Source of the DNA: Leidyana gryllorum EB-2025a
Taxonomy: Eukaryota > Protista > Apicomplexa
Length of the DNA: 64,000 nucleotides
NCBI GenBank assembly: GCA_048772705.1
Contig: JBLWGC010000002.1
Coordinates: forward strand, 124,001-188,000
Reading direction: 5' to 3'
Shown piece after piece: positions 25,501-38,135 of the stretch; position 1 is the stretch's first letter, and each line of letters starts with the position of its first letter. A model generated the notes under the pieces. The model had not been told where the DNA came from and made no database searches. It saw nothing but the letters and a program-made list of their open reading frames with translations. The position numbers and the translations under genes were made by a program.

Positions 25501-26224
25501 AGGCTCACGCGCTCCAAGATAGTCTTTTTGATACACAGGTAAGTGTGCGGTCAGGTGTGCTCATATACCGTGTCTCCGTAGACCACACACTTTGTACTAA
25601 ACGAAGTGGTCACTAATTTGAGGACGATAGCCGCTTACAATATGCAGGAGGTGAGTGTGAGGTCCCTCCTGGGTTCCGATCATCGGCTCTTTTCGTCTTG
25701 GCAGCACATGGAAGAGTTATACGAAGCTGCATTAACGAAGGAGTTTTCGAGAGCGTATCGCAATGCCATGGTGGCAGGTATATCTTCAGGTTTTGCAACT
25801 GGCATCATGAGTTTTGCCAACGCACTTTCGATGTGGTATGCCGGGCATTTGATTAAGACTGATACCTCGATGGATTTGGAGACGACCATGAGAACAGTTA
25901 TGGTTTTGATGACTGCCGCACAAGGGTTGGGTAGAGCGTCTGCGTTCGCGACAGACTCCAAGAAGACAAAGGCGGCTTGTCATAACATGTTTTACATATT
26001 GGATCGTCAGCCCGCGGTTGATGCTCGAGAGACGACGGGCGACAAACTCACACCAATAAGCGGTGCCATGAGTTTGGAAGAGGTTGTTTTCAGATACCCC
26101 GGCCGTCCAGATCAACCGATCTTGAACAACGTATCTTTTTCTGTGAAGCCGGGACAGGCAGTCGCTCTGGTGGGCGCCTCTGGCTGTGGGAAATCCACAA
26201 TTATTCAATTTTTGGTGAGACCAA

Positions 26225-26290
<66 letters not shown>

Positions 26291-27017
26291 ATTCGACTTC
26301 TGCTGCCTGCAGGAACGGTATTACGATGTGAAGCCGAGCGATGAGTTCAGAATGAACATTGAGGCTTTACCGGCGAGTGACCGGCCGGGGAGAGCAATGT
26401 CGGTTTCTGATTACTTTGGTGGTCAGGTTAGAGTTGAGGATAAGAATATCCGTAATTTCAATGTGAAATATCTCCGATCTCGCATTGGACTCGTTTCGCA
26501 AGAGCCCGTTTTGTTTACTGGGAGTATAAAGGAGAACATCCGGCACGGTCGGTTGAATGCGACTGACGAGGACGTGCGGAGAGCCGCCCAAATGGCTAAC
26601 GCTGCCGAGTTTATAGAGCAATTGCCGGAGGGGTACGATACAGAAGTTGGGCGCGGCGGAGGTCAGATGTCGGGTGGTCAGAAACAGCGGATTGCGATCG
26701 CGAGAGCTTTGATCAGAGATCCCGACATTATGCTCTTCGACGAGGCGACGAGTGCGTTGGATCCCGAGAGTGAGGCGATTGTGCAGAAGACATTGAACGA
26801 GTTGGTCGCCGGGAAACACGGCTCCAAGAAGACTTCCATCACGATCGCCCATCGGTTATCAACCATCAAGGATTCGGACAAAATTGTTGTGTTCCAACCG
26901 AATCCATTACACGGTTCGAGAGTCGTGGAGGAAGGCACCCACGATGAGCTCATGCGTATCCCGCAGGGTGTGTACCGTAACTTGGTTGAGATTGCGACAG
27001 CTACAGGTTCCAACTAG
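22572..27017 (+). CDS. ABCB/MDR full transporter; paralog 3
   Basis: ATG 22572 (MADATSK). Two NBDs with [19 protein letters not shown] and DEATSALD. Introns include the (TG)n-containing one at ~26215-26312. Confidence 0.92.
26227..26289. repeat. (TG)n microsatellite, ~31 units, intronic
   Basis: Seen directly, between the GTGAGA donor (~26215) and the TGCAG acceptor (~26312). Confidence 0.97.
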
Positions 27018-27114
27018 TGCGTGTGTTACAGATGATGTGTGCCTCTGGCAAGTTTAAGTGTGTGTGGTGGTTGCGATCTGGTCAGAGGTGCACCTACACC
27101 AAAAATCTGCCAGA

Positions 27115-30100
27115 ATGTTTGCCCCAGCGGCGGGCTTAGATCCCAGTGATGCTGTAGATGGGCGAGTTGGGTCATTCCACAATCGTAGTCTGTCGTTAGG
27201 AGAGGCCTCAAAAGACGAGAGACAATCACCGCTTCAGAGCGCGCCCTCCGATTCTCTCGAGAGAGTGCGGGTCCCCAGCGATCCCATCATCCAAGAGGAC
27301 GACGAGCCATCACCTAATGCCACCCCTCAAGTCGGTCTCTTTCGAGTCTTCGCAGAGACTAACACATCTGACAAACTCCTCATCATTCTCGCGGTCTTCT
27401 GCGCATTGGGACAGGGTGCGTCAATGGTGGGTCCCTCCCTCTCTCCTCGTCACTCTCCCTTTGAATTAGCCGCTCAATATGCTCTTCTTGGGGGACTCGG
27501 TCAACAGTATGGGAGTTGGAGACTTTTCGTCCGCCTTCGACCGTATCATTAAATCTTTCGCCATTCTGGCCGTAAGTGTCGCTCGAACCGCGCAACACAT
27601 TAGCGAACTCCCCGCTGCGCACCGCAGGCTGTTGGATTCGTTCTGGGTACCATCGCAACTTGCATTCTCGAGATATTGGCCGAAAAGATAGTGCGCCAAG
27701 TCAAGAGGACATATCTCAAAGCTGTCCTCCGTCAGGATATCGGATTTTATGACGAGAACGACTCTGGACAGCTCATGACAGCCATCGAACAGTCCTCCGT
27801 GCGCGTGAGTCTCTCAAATCCTACTCACACACACACACACACTTTGTCTTTCCCACTCAGATTCGGGACGGTATTGGGATCAAATTCTGTTTGATCTGGC
27901 AGATGTTGGCGACATTTATCGTTGGTTACGCTGTGGCTCTGATTCGGGGTTGGGAATTGGCTTTGATAATGACGACAGTGGTCCCAGTGTTGGGGTGCGC
28001 TGTTGGTCTGATCATTAAACTGATTCAGAGGGCGACTAAAGAGTCAGAAGAGCTGTATAAGGAGGCTGGGGGGATCGCGGAGGAGGTGTTTCCCGCAATG
28101 CGAACGGTCGCTGCTTTCGGATTGGAGGACACTTTCAAAGTGCGGTATGAAACCAAAGTGAAAGAGTGCGAGGCGGCCGACAAGAGAATGAACACTTGGA
28201 AGGCCTTCAGTATAGGGCTCGTTTTCCTAATTATAATAGGCTCCTACGCTTTGGGTTGGTGGTACGGCACTCGAATGGTCGTTCGCACCATAAAGAGCTC
28301 CGAGGGAACAGACTTTTCGGGAGCGGGCAAAGTCCTCACAGTCTTCTCTGCCGTCATGATGGCTTCCTTTAGCGTGGGACAGATCTTCCCGAGTCTCAGC
28401 GCTCTGTCCCAGGCGTCCCAGAGTTACAATGAGGTCGAAACCCTCAGTGCGCGCGAGTCCCGAGTCGACCCCACCAGCCCGGAGGGCCAAGTCCCAGCAG
28501 CCATGAAGGGTCACGTAGTCTTTGAAGACGTCGAGTTTGCCTATCCGATCCGCCCAGACCGCCCAATATTCAACAAACTCTCCTTTGAAGTCGAACCCGG
28601 CGAGACCGTTGCATTGGTGGGAGCCTCGGGGTGCGGCAAAAGTACCATTATCCAACTTTTAGAACGATTCTATAACCCCACCGGCGGGTAAGGCGACCGA
28701 CCTGAGCCGCAAATTCACTCTGCCCACTCTCTTTTCAGCCGCATTCTCGTTGACGGGGTCAGCATTGACGCTTTCAACGTCAAAGCTTATCGAGACCGCA
28801 TAGCTTTGGTGTCGCAGGAGCCCCGCCTCTTCGGCACCACAATTCAAGAAAACATTCTGTATGGGGTACCCTCGGGCAGTTACGTCGATCAGGCGGCCGT
28901 AGAGACCGCCGCAACCTGCGCGAACGCTCACGAGTTCATCAAAGCCTTTCCGGACGGATACGGCACCAATGTGGGCAGTGGGGGCGCTCTGCTGAGTGGA
29001 GGCCAGAAACAGCGCGTGGCTATCGCACGCGCAGTCATCCGGGATCCGGTTATCCTCATTCTGGACGAAGCGACCAGCGCACTCGACAACCAGTCAGAGA
29101 AAGTCGTCCAACAGGCCTTGGACGATTTGGTCAAACTAAAGCGGCGAACCACTTTCATCATCGCCCATCGCCTCTCAACGATCCGCAACGCCGACAAAAT
29201 CATTGTGTTGGATAACACAGACGGCCTCGGCGCTCGGGTCATTGAAACGGGTAACCATCAGACCCTTATGGAACAGGAAGACAGTGTGTACCGCGGACTC
29301 GTCGAGGCTCAGCGAATCCTCAAAAACAAAGACGCAAAACAGGCCCAGGAGCTCTCCAAACGCCTCTCTCTCGCCGCAGCCGCTCAGTCCTTAGCAGAAC
29401 AGGGCGACCTGAACGCGAGCCACGAACAAATTCTGAGAGCGAGTGCGAGTATCCAGGGCGGTAGCGTCGCCACCGCCACACGAGACTCGGTGGTGGCCAA
29501 AATAATGTCATCCATCAGCGCCCGTAAGTCAATCGATCTTTGTTCAATCTCAAACCAATCTGACTGACAGTGGCGGGCGACGAGAGAGATCAGCAGCAAT
29601 TGACCACTGAGGACTCCTCCCATCGACAAACGGGACTCGGCCCCAATATGATTGTGGTCCCCGATCTGAGATCGTCTCGGATCTCAAAGGCCAGTGGCAT
29701 CCTGGAAGACACAGCCTTCGACGTGGCGGTCGATGAGTCCAGTCGTCGACTGTGGGGATACACAAAGAAGGATTGGCCATACGCAATCCTCGGTGTCATA
29801 GGATCCATTGGCACCGGTTCCGTCTTTCCTTTTCTGTCAGTTATGATCGCCCAATTCTTGGGACTCTTCTTTGACTTTGACCCGAGTCTCAGTCTCGAGG
29901 AGAACACCGATAATATGACGTCGAGGGCACATCGAAACTGTCTCATTCTCGTCGGATTGGCCCTCGGCGCCGGTCTCTGCTTCTACGTCCAACAGGAGTG
30001 CTGGGGCCGAATCGGAGAGAAACTCGTCTCCTGCATGAGACGCACCGTCTTCGCCAGTATGCTCAAACAGGATATGGAGTTCTTTGACAAAAGCGAAAAT

Positions 30101-31852
30101 AACACCGGACATCTGAGCTCCGTATTGGCAGCCGACTGTGCTTTGACCCGCGGTATCACTGGCGAGAATCTCAGTCTCATTCTGCAAAACATCTTCTCTT
30201 TGGGCATCGGTAAGCAGAAATCTTTGAATTGCCCCCACTCGAATGTCTCTTCAGCCATCGGTATCGCCTTTAGCGGCCACGCGAAACTCGCGGCTGTCGT
30301 ATTGGCGACATTTATTCTCACCGTTCCGGCAGTCTTCCTGCAGGCCAAATTGACTCAAGCTGATCGCGAGACCGCCCGTGGAGGAGCCGAACTCGATGAA
30401 GGGGTGAGTGCAGTCAGCCGGACAGTTCTTCTTTGACAATCAATCTGCCACAGACCTCATCGTATATTCTCGCCGAAGTCACCAGCAATCTCAGAACCAT
30501 CGCCGCATACAATCTCCAGGAGGTGAGCCGATCTTCTGCGACTCCACCCAATAAAATATCCTTCGCTCTCGCAGAAAATGACTTCAAATTACGACAAAGC
30601 GCTCCAGAAGGAATATGACAGAGGATACTGGAACGGTTTTGTCGTTGGCCTCTGCTCGGGATTGTCCACGGGCCTTCAGACTGCCGCCATGGCCATCGCC
30701 TTTTGGTACGTCGGACACCTCTTCCGCAGTCCGGCGGGTGCAGATCTCGATGTGCAAACCGTTATGAGAACCATTATGGTGTTGATGAACGCGGGAGCGG
30801 GATTGGGTCGCGCGTCTGCTTTCGCAACCGATGCCAAAAAGGCGAAACGCGCGTGTCACAATATGTTCGGCATCATCGATCGCGACCCAGCGATCGACGT
30901 CAACGATGATATTGGGGATGTCGCACCGCCAATTCAGGGCAAAATGGAGTTCAGCGATGTCAAATTCCGATACGCCTGTCGTCCAAACAATCCGGTCCTC
31001 GAGAAGATCAACTTCATGTGCGACTCCGGCCAGGCCGTCGCCCTGGTTGGGGCCTCTGGAAGTGGGAAAAGTACAATTATCCAATTGCTCGAGCGGTTTT
31101 ATGATATCGGACCGTCGAGAGAGATGCGGCTGGCCATCCGAGCAGCCAATAACGCTGGAGTGTCGGGCGATGAAACGAACCCGAATTATACTCGGGGGCT
31201 GAGCGCGGGGGAGATGTTTGATGGCATTGTCAGAATCGAGGGAAAGAACATTCAGTGCTATTCAGTCAAATACCTCAGATCCCGAATGGGTTTGGTGTCT
31301 CAGGAACCCGTACTATTCCAAGGCACTGTGATGGAAAACATCCGAATGGGAAATCTGAGCGCCACTGACGAACAGGTGAAGAAGGCGGCGCAACAAGCAA
31401 ACTGCGCCAGCTTTATCGAAAAGCTTCCTGAACAGTATAACACTCCTGTGGGACGGGGAGGCGGTCAAATGTCAGGCGGTCAGAAACAACGCATAGCCAT
31501 AGCCAGAGCCTTAATCCGTGATCCCGCAATCCTGTTGTTCGACGAAGCCACCAGTGCTCTGGACCCAGAAAGCGAGGCTGTCGTCCAACGAACATTGGAT
31601 GATCTCGTCGGAGGCCGCGTGGCCGGAAGTGATGGAAAGAAGAAGACCAGTGTCACTATCGCACACAGACTTAGCACCGTCCGCAACGCTGATAAGATTA
31701 TAGTTTTCGTCCCACAGCCCGGTCAAGGATCTATAGTTGTGGAACAGGGAACTCACGAGGAACTCATGAACATTAAGAATGGAGTCTATAGAGGGTTAGT
31801 CAACATAGCAGAAGCCATCAATGAAGATGAGGGGGCCGCTCGGTCGCATTGA
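27115..31852 (+). CDS. ABCB/MDR full transporter; paralog 4
   Basis: ATG 27115 with an extended N-terminus. Two NBDs with [28 protein letters not shown] and DEATSALD. The stop at 29567 lies inside a GTAAGT...GACAG intron. Confidence 0.92.
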
Positions 31853-31859
31853 ACCCATG

Positions 31860-33536
31860 TCATCGGACACTCAGGGGAAAGGATGCACTCTTGACAGGCT
31901 CCGAGTTTGCGAAGGACCCAAGCAAAATAGTGACGTTGTGAGAGGAATCAGAAAGAGGCTTACTCCACCAGGGGCTCCCCTCCGAGGTGAACTTCAGATT
32001 GCCTGAAAATGCACCCATCATTCCTCCTCCTCCTGCCAAACACTCACTGGAAGACTTGGAAGATGCTCTAAGGACCTTGATGAAAACTGATTTGTCCACA
32101 TCAAACACCCCAATCGCACTGTTGCTGAACAATATTGGATTCCCCAGTGCGATGCGGATCGGCAACGGTAACCAGCTACTCAAGAACCGTCGAAATCGCT
32201 TCGAGCTGTACAATAGACGTTCTTGCCACGCCGCTGTGCAGTGCGGAATGCCAACCAAAAGCAGGTTCGTTGGCAATCCTTGTAATCCATGCGCTTTCGT
32301 CGGTTGAAATGACAACTTGTCCGCCCCAATTGCAAGCCGAGGCCGCATCAACTGGAGATTGTCGACGTGAAAAGCACCCGCCCAGGCAGCCCGAGAGGAG
32401 ATCAAACGCTCTACCAACGGCATTGAAATCATCGTACCAAATGATCAAGGTAGTTCGGCGGAACACCGGCAAAGTTGGACATGGGAGACACACACCACTC
32501 ACCACTGGCAGTGTCGTAATCAATTTCAAGCAGAGCGCGGCCCATTGTCTCCGCCACAATCACTCGAAGATGATCTTCGGAGTTCGGGGACGGTTGAACT
32601 ACTATCCCGTTGCTGAACCGCACCCGACTTAGGATTGTGTGTGCAAACGCTTCGGGCGGCTTTTCGTTCTGAGCCTTATATGAGCCGTATTTGAATACAA
32701 TGACGCGACCGCTCCCATGTTCAGCAAATATCTCAGCACCCAGCTGTGCCAAGGGCACTTCCGCACTGTCAGTAAAGAAGACATAGATTTCGGCACCCTT
32801 TGAGATGAAATCTAGGCCGTTGCAGACGGTGACTTTTTTGCCATCGACTTGGTTTAGCAATAGCTGTGCCTTGGTGACGGTGGATGGCCGGAGCATTTTA
32901 TCGAGCGGCCGTGCGAGCTCTACTTCATACAAACCCAAGTTGGCATCGCACACCAGTAAGGTTTCTAGGATTTGTCCGTCCTGTTCACTGACGGACACAC
33001 TTTTGATTCCGAGCACTCGATCTGAGGAACTGGTGATGATCAATGTTGCCGAATTGCATATTTACCGAAACTTTCAAGTGATCTCGAACTCCAGTCCACA
33101 GTTCCTTCAGTTTCGAGAGTGTGGGGGAGCAGTTCTACTAAGTCACCTGTGCGGCCGTGTGTGCGGGGATTGTTTGTTTGTGCGAGAGAGACCTACCATC
33201 AGTAGTGCCGGTGAATATTGCCCCGGTGGGGCTGAGAGCGAGTGTTTCGGCTCCTCGTACAGGGGCGGCGCGTGTGGTGCCGATTGAGCGAGCGGGTTGG
33301 AAGAGTACATCGTTGACAATTACTTCAATCGGTGTTGGATAGTTTCTTGTAGCGGAGGGGTATAGTTGTCGGGACAGACCTTCTAAGATAGTGCTTTGGT
33401 TCCCACTGAGATATCGATAACGCCAAATGTGATGCACTAGAATCGCACATAGCAAACCTGGGAGGAGCCTGGCCAGCCAGTAGGAGATTCTGACTGACAT
33501 CTTGGTCCGAAACCCCCCCATATTTGTTTTTGGCAT
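31860..33536 (-). CDS. Strictosidine synthase-like / APMAP-like six-bladed beta-propeller membrane protein
   Basis: N-terminal TM (LLPGLLCAILVHHIW), then GAETLA..TGAIFTGTTDG, DRVLGI, LLVCDANLGL, CNGLD, VFFTDS, GSGRVI, FSNGI, VIVAET, FHVDNL, LLGS. Three introns join the ORFs in frame. The start could be a downstream ATG (33521 or 33500). Confidence 0.8.
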
Positions 33537-33539
33537 GAC

Positions 33540-35254
33540 ATGCCTCCTGAGCACTTCCGCCTTTTCCTGAGGATCTCTCTATTTGACCTGATCATACTTC
33601 CAACAAGTCAGAAGTTACAGGAGCATAACGTCTTGGCCAATCTAAGCAAGATCTTCTCACACCTATGGAACAACTCTTATAAGGCCATCGATCCCCGAGT
33701 TGTACAGAGCCCGAGTGAATTACCGACACATAATGTGGGAGAAAAGGTACTTTCCGCACGTCAGAATCTGCCCCTATGGATGTCACTGAGGTAAGGGGTG
33801 CCTGCCGTTCCGCAACTGTGAAGAGCCACCTGCCCAGGGACTGGCTGACTATCGGCACTCAGTCGAGTGATTGGGGGTCATCTTCATTTTCCGGCGATTC
33901 GAGCTCCCACCGTCTGCCGCTCTCTTCGGCTGCCCGAAAAGCCTATTGGGTCCGCTTTGTGACTGTGCTGGAGAGTCTCCAGAACGCAGGATATGTTCGT
34001 GATGCATTGAACATGGCGAATCCACATGATGCACTTCTAAATGTGCTCATCGAATTCCGATACTTCGCTATCCTACTCTACCTGCAAACTGTGCGAACAC
34101 AACCGCACGTTTGGCTCAAACCCGCCTTGAGCATCCAAAATGAGGCAGCCTCACTCACGGGCCGGAGGCCTCGATCAGCCAGCGACGGGGCTCTGGAACA
34201 AGCCTGGCCTGCCTCTGTCCAGGATATGCGATCACCAACCACCAGCCGACTGTCTCCCAGGTGAGTTGGGCAAACAAACTATTGCTGCTTTCACTGTCCC
34301 AAAGGCATCGAGACGGATCAATGACCACACGGATGAGGTCAAACCAACCAGTCGGGCGTCTCAGCAAAGAGGAAGTACCCAATGTTATTGATACCCTCAT
34401 GCGCTATCTACCGATAATGTTGGCTTTGGCTGGATGTCACTTTGACACTGTGGCTAAATTACTGCAAACAGACGGCCGCCAGCCCTCTGTGATCGGTAAG
34501 AGACCTTCTCATCTCATCTTAGCAGCACACAATCGCCATCACAATCAGAGGCCACACTGAAACGTTACCATCTGGCCGCGGCCCACACCAAATATATGGC
34601 CCTTCTGTTCCAAGGGTAAAATGCAATCAGTCAATCAATCGATCAATCTTTACGCCGTCATCATCAGCTACGAGAGCAGCCCGGATGGCAGTCGTCGACC
34701 ACTCTCCTCCCATCAGATGGAAGCACGTTTGAACAGCGGTTAGCAACCAGCCCAGCCCCCGCGGACACACACCCTCTTCTGCAGCACTCTGGAGTCCCGA
34801 ACACTTCCCCCCCCAACTAAAGGTTGCCCCTATGGTGTCTGTGACAGAGTTCATCGTAAGCCATTGTCATCGGCCTTCACTCCCTCCCGCCCCCTCTCAG
34901 AATCTACTTTGCGAGCGGCTCGAGATGCAGATCGCCACCTCCGATGTGGTCACCTGCTTCACCCTCGCGCCCTCTGGAGCGCGGCAGGCTGCGTACCGAA
35001 ACAATAAGCCCGAGACACCCACCAAAGCGCATCCATTGCTGAGTCCTCGCAATTCTGGCAAAAGCGTCAACGATTCTGATGTCTCAACTGTAAGCCGCCC
35101 AACTTTGTGCCGCCCGCCAAGCCCTGTCTCCCCCTCAGCCTCGAGAGCCCCTCCTGAAATCCGAACCGACCCGCCACGACCTTCAAGTGATATCTTCCCG
35201 GAGGAAAGAGCTAATTTACGTCCCCCAAAGCCCAACGGGGAAGTGTCTGGATGA
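33540..35254 (+). CDS. Hypothetical multi-exon protein
   Basis: Chain of plus-strand ORFs (33540-33794, 33776-34264, 34261-34560, 34832-35254) with GTAAGG/GTGAGT/GTAAGA donors at the breaks. No recognisable domain. Confidence 0.4.
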
Positions 35255-35517
35255 CTTGACCATCATTGATTGTCAAGATTGTTGGGTATTCGGTACCACA
35301 CAGTGAGTGTGCATCAGAGAAGATCCAATGATGTTGCCACGCGCACTCCAGATATCTCAATGTTAAGATTGGGAACTGTCGCAACGTTCGATGTATCCTG
35401 CCCTGCGTTGCCGGAAGTGTGGTGGTCCACTTTGGACGACAAGTCACCGTCCACGCCTGCTGCTATGGAGCCTTGTGAGTCTTTTCGGCCACTTTCCGCT
35501 GGCTGACTTCATTCACA

Positions 35518-36378
35518 TTGCTTCCACTCAGAGTATCCAATTGCTATGACACTAAACTCTTTCTGCTTTCTCGATCCCCGCCCGTTATCGTGGGCGACAC
35601 CCGAGACACCGTTCTGGGCCCGTACAATGGTGAGAAGAGAGATCGACCAAACGACCAATGTATCTATCCCCTCCGCAGTGGCCTTTCAGAACCAGAAGGC
35701 TTGGCTCGGCCGCCACGACATCAGGTGAGGTCATCTTCCGAAGTGTGTTTGCGTGTGTGTGTGGTATCGGTGTCTCCTATCTTTGATGTTAGGTATGATG
35801 CTGACTCGCTTCGGATGTGGAGTATTCCTATTGTGTGTCCGTTGGGGACTGCTAATCGGAGCAGTACACCTCGAGATGAAAGTCGGAAGGGGGACAGTCG
35901 GAACGCTCAAGACGAAGCCTATGCATTGGATGGGGGGCTGATGCCAGGGTGCGCTCGGCCCTCTGAACTGGAGGTTCTAATTTACCCATCTGAGTCGTTA
36001 TCAATCCCACTGCCGTCTGATTCCTCGAATCTTATCTTGCCTGAGACACACGCTCAAGCGGTTGCTCAAGGGATGGTTAAGGTGAGCAGTGGCTGGGGGG
36101 CTGTGTGTGAGCGATCTTGTCGTTGTTCAGCGCCAAAGGGCTCTGAATGCCTATTTGGCGCGTTTAGAGAAGTGTCGCGATCCTGCGCAGAAGCAGGCCT
36201 TCTTGCAGGAGAGCCAGAGTCGGTTCGTGTAAGTTTTGGCAATGGGCGATTATCCATCTCCTCCAATAGTGAATGGTTGCAAGGGAACAAGAAGATGCAC
36301 GACCTACTAGCTAGAGGGGATTTGGGAGGGTTCGAAGTGCATTCCGACAAACAGCAACGGCTGCATCGAGTTACTTAG
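35518..36378 (+). CDS. Hypothetical protein (probably spliced; true start uncertain)
   Basis: 286-codon open frame with intron-like GTGAGG...TTAG and GTGAGC...TTCAG segments. No recognisable domain. Confidence 0.35.
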   Translation: MLPLRVSNCYDTKLFLLSRSPPVIVGDTRDTVLGPYNGEKRDRPNDQCIYPLRSGLSEPEGLARPPRHQVRSSSEVCLRVCVVSVSPIFDVRYDADSLRMWSIPIVCPLGTANRSSTPRDESRKGDSRNAQDEAYALDGGLMPGCARPSELEVLIYPSESLSIPLPSDSSNLILPETHAQAVAQGMVKVSSGWGAVCERSCRCSAPKGSECLFGAFREVSRSCAEAGLLAGEPESVRVSFGNGRLSISSNSEWLQGNKKMHDLLARGDLGGFEVHSDKQQRLHRVT

Positions 36379-36406
36379 GTTCAAACGATTTTTTTGGACC
36401 CCCAAT

Positions 36407-38113
36407 ATGTTGTCCGAGGACGAAGCAACCGCAATTAGTTCTTCTGAGAGCGAGAGCAGTGGTGATGAGGGCGCTAACTTTGACCTCGCCATAGCCAAAG
36501 CCCTCAAGGCTCTGGCTGACAAACAACCCTTAACGGCCATAACCGCTACCCCCAATGCTAACGCGTTAGAAGAGAAGGGGAAGAAGGAGAAGGGGAAGAA
36601 GGACAGAAAGGTGACTTTGATGGATCAATTGTTGGAACGGATGGACAAAGATATACTGAACGATGAAGAAGAAGAGTCAACTGATGATGAAACTCCAACA
36701 AAAGAACTCACCCCCGCCGAAGAGGCCAGAAGGCTGCGAGAATCGGCCATCGCTGCTCTCAATGAAGAGGACAGTGAAGGCGACTCTGACGTTCTGGAAG
36801 CCGTTGACTCGGACGCGGAGGGTGAGAACGAGGCCGAGGACGAAAGGCGCGTAGAGGCGAAAAAGTTAATGGCCTCTTTCTTCTCGGCGAAAAGTGCCGG
36901 GGCGTCGTCTGAAAAGACAAAGTCTGAGAACGACGCGTTCCTCGAGGATTACTTTCTGAATGAGAGATGGAAAGAAGGCAATCGACAGTCCAAAAGCAAA
37001 TCAGCGCCCAGCACCAAACATATTGTAGTCGCAGACTCTGAGTCAAACGTCATCGTCGAGGATCTCAAACTGCCCGGCGATGAAGAAGACGCCGAACAAG
37101 TCGCCAAAGCCGATGAATTCGAAACCAAATATAACTTTAGATTCGAAGAGAAAGGAGGCACACATATCGTCGGACACGCTCGCGGTGCCGCAACCGATAC
37201 GGTGGCCAGTGCCGTCAAGGAATCAAACCGAGCCCGCAAACGACGCGAAAAGAAGGAAGCCGAAGAAGCCGCTCGGGCAGCCGCTGAAGCTCAGGCTATG
37301 GCCGAACTCATCCCAGATGCTGCTGAAACCATCGCTGCAGACGCAGAATACCCCGATGATCAGGAATGGTTCCTCTGCGATGGATGTGAGAAACCAATCG
37401 GAGAGGGAAAGATCAAGTTCGATTGCAAAGTTTGTGACGATTACAGCTTATGCAAAGCGTGCCAGAAATCCATCAAGCACGAACACAGCTTGATGAAGTC
37501 CCGCGTACCGTCAGGAGCAGAACCGCCTAAAAGCTGGAAAGTAGCTGTCCAAGAACAGCGAGGCACCGCGCCAGGCACCAGCGGTGAGGGAGAAGAAGAC
37601 TCCCTGACTGCCTTCGCCCGCCAAGTTCTCGCCAAAACCAAACTCGAGTCCGGCTTCAAGTACGTCCAGGTCGACCCGCTTGACGGAGGCCTCACCAACG
37701 AGGAAATTCTTGGAACGTAAGTCATCTTCAATGCCCCCCTCCTCAATTCACTCCTTTTCCTCAGAGATGAAGCCCTCTTGAACGATATAGTTCCGCCCGT
37801 TGTCCTCAGCCCCTTCGAGGAACAGGAAAAGGTCCGCCGCCTCTTAGCCAAGGCCCAGCGCAAGCTTGAGAAGGCGCGGGGAGCAACCGGAATGCTGCCC
37901 ATAAGGGAAGAAGAAGAAGCTGGAGCAGCCGAGACAGAGGGCACCGGCCCCAACAAAGGCCATAAGAAACCCTCCAAGAAGCACAAGGTCTTAGATGCCG
38001 CCGAAAGACCAAAAAACGTCTCGAAACGTCGACTCGAGGCTTATGGAATCCAAGTCAAGAAACGCCGACGCACCACTCCTTCCAAAGAAACGACTTCTAC
38101 TGACACCAATTGA
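36407..38113 (+). CDS. KRI1: KRI1-like 40S ribosome biogenesis factor with an internal ZZ-type zinc finger
   Basis: FLEDYFLNERW; ADEFETKYNFRFEEKGGTHIVGHAR; KRI1_C-like FKYVQVDPLDGGLTNEEIL-GT|DEALLN; C-terminal SKRRLEAYG. Intron ~37717-37764. Confidence 0.85.
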
Positions 38114-38135
38114 ATGTGCCACGTATCACGCATCC

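Noticed and set aside
25786-26331. Poly-VC and poly-HT peptides in the ORF track
   Set aside because: They are translations of an intronic (TG)n microsatellite.
13552-31852. Fragmented ABC ORFs read as pseudogenes, frameshifting or an alternative genetic code
   Set aside because: The breaks examined are explained by short canonical GT-AG introns that restore frame.
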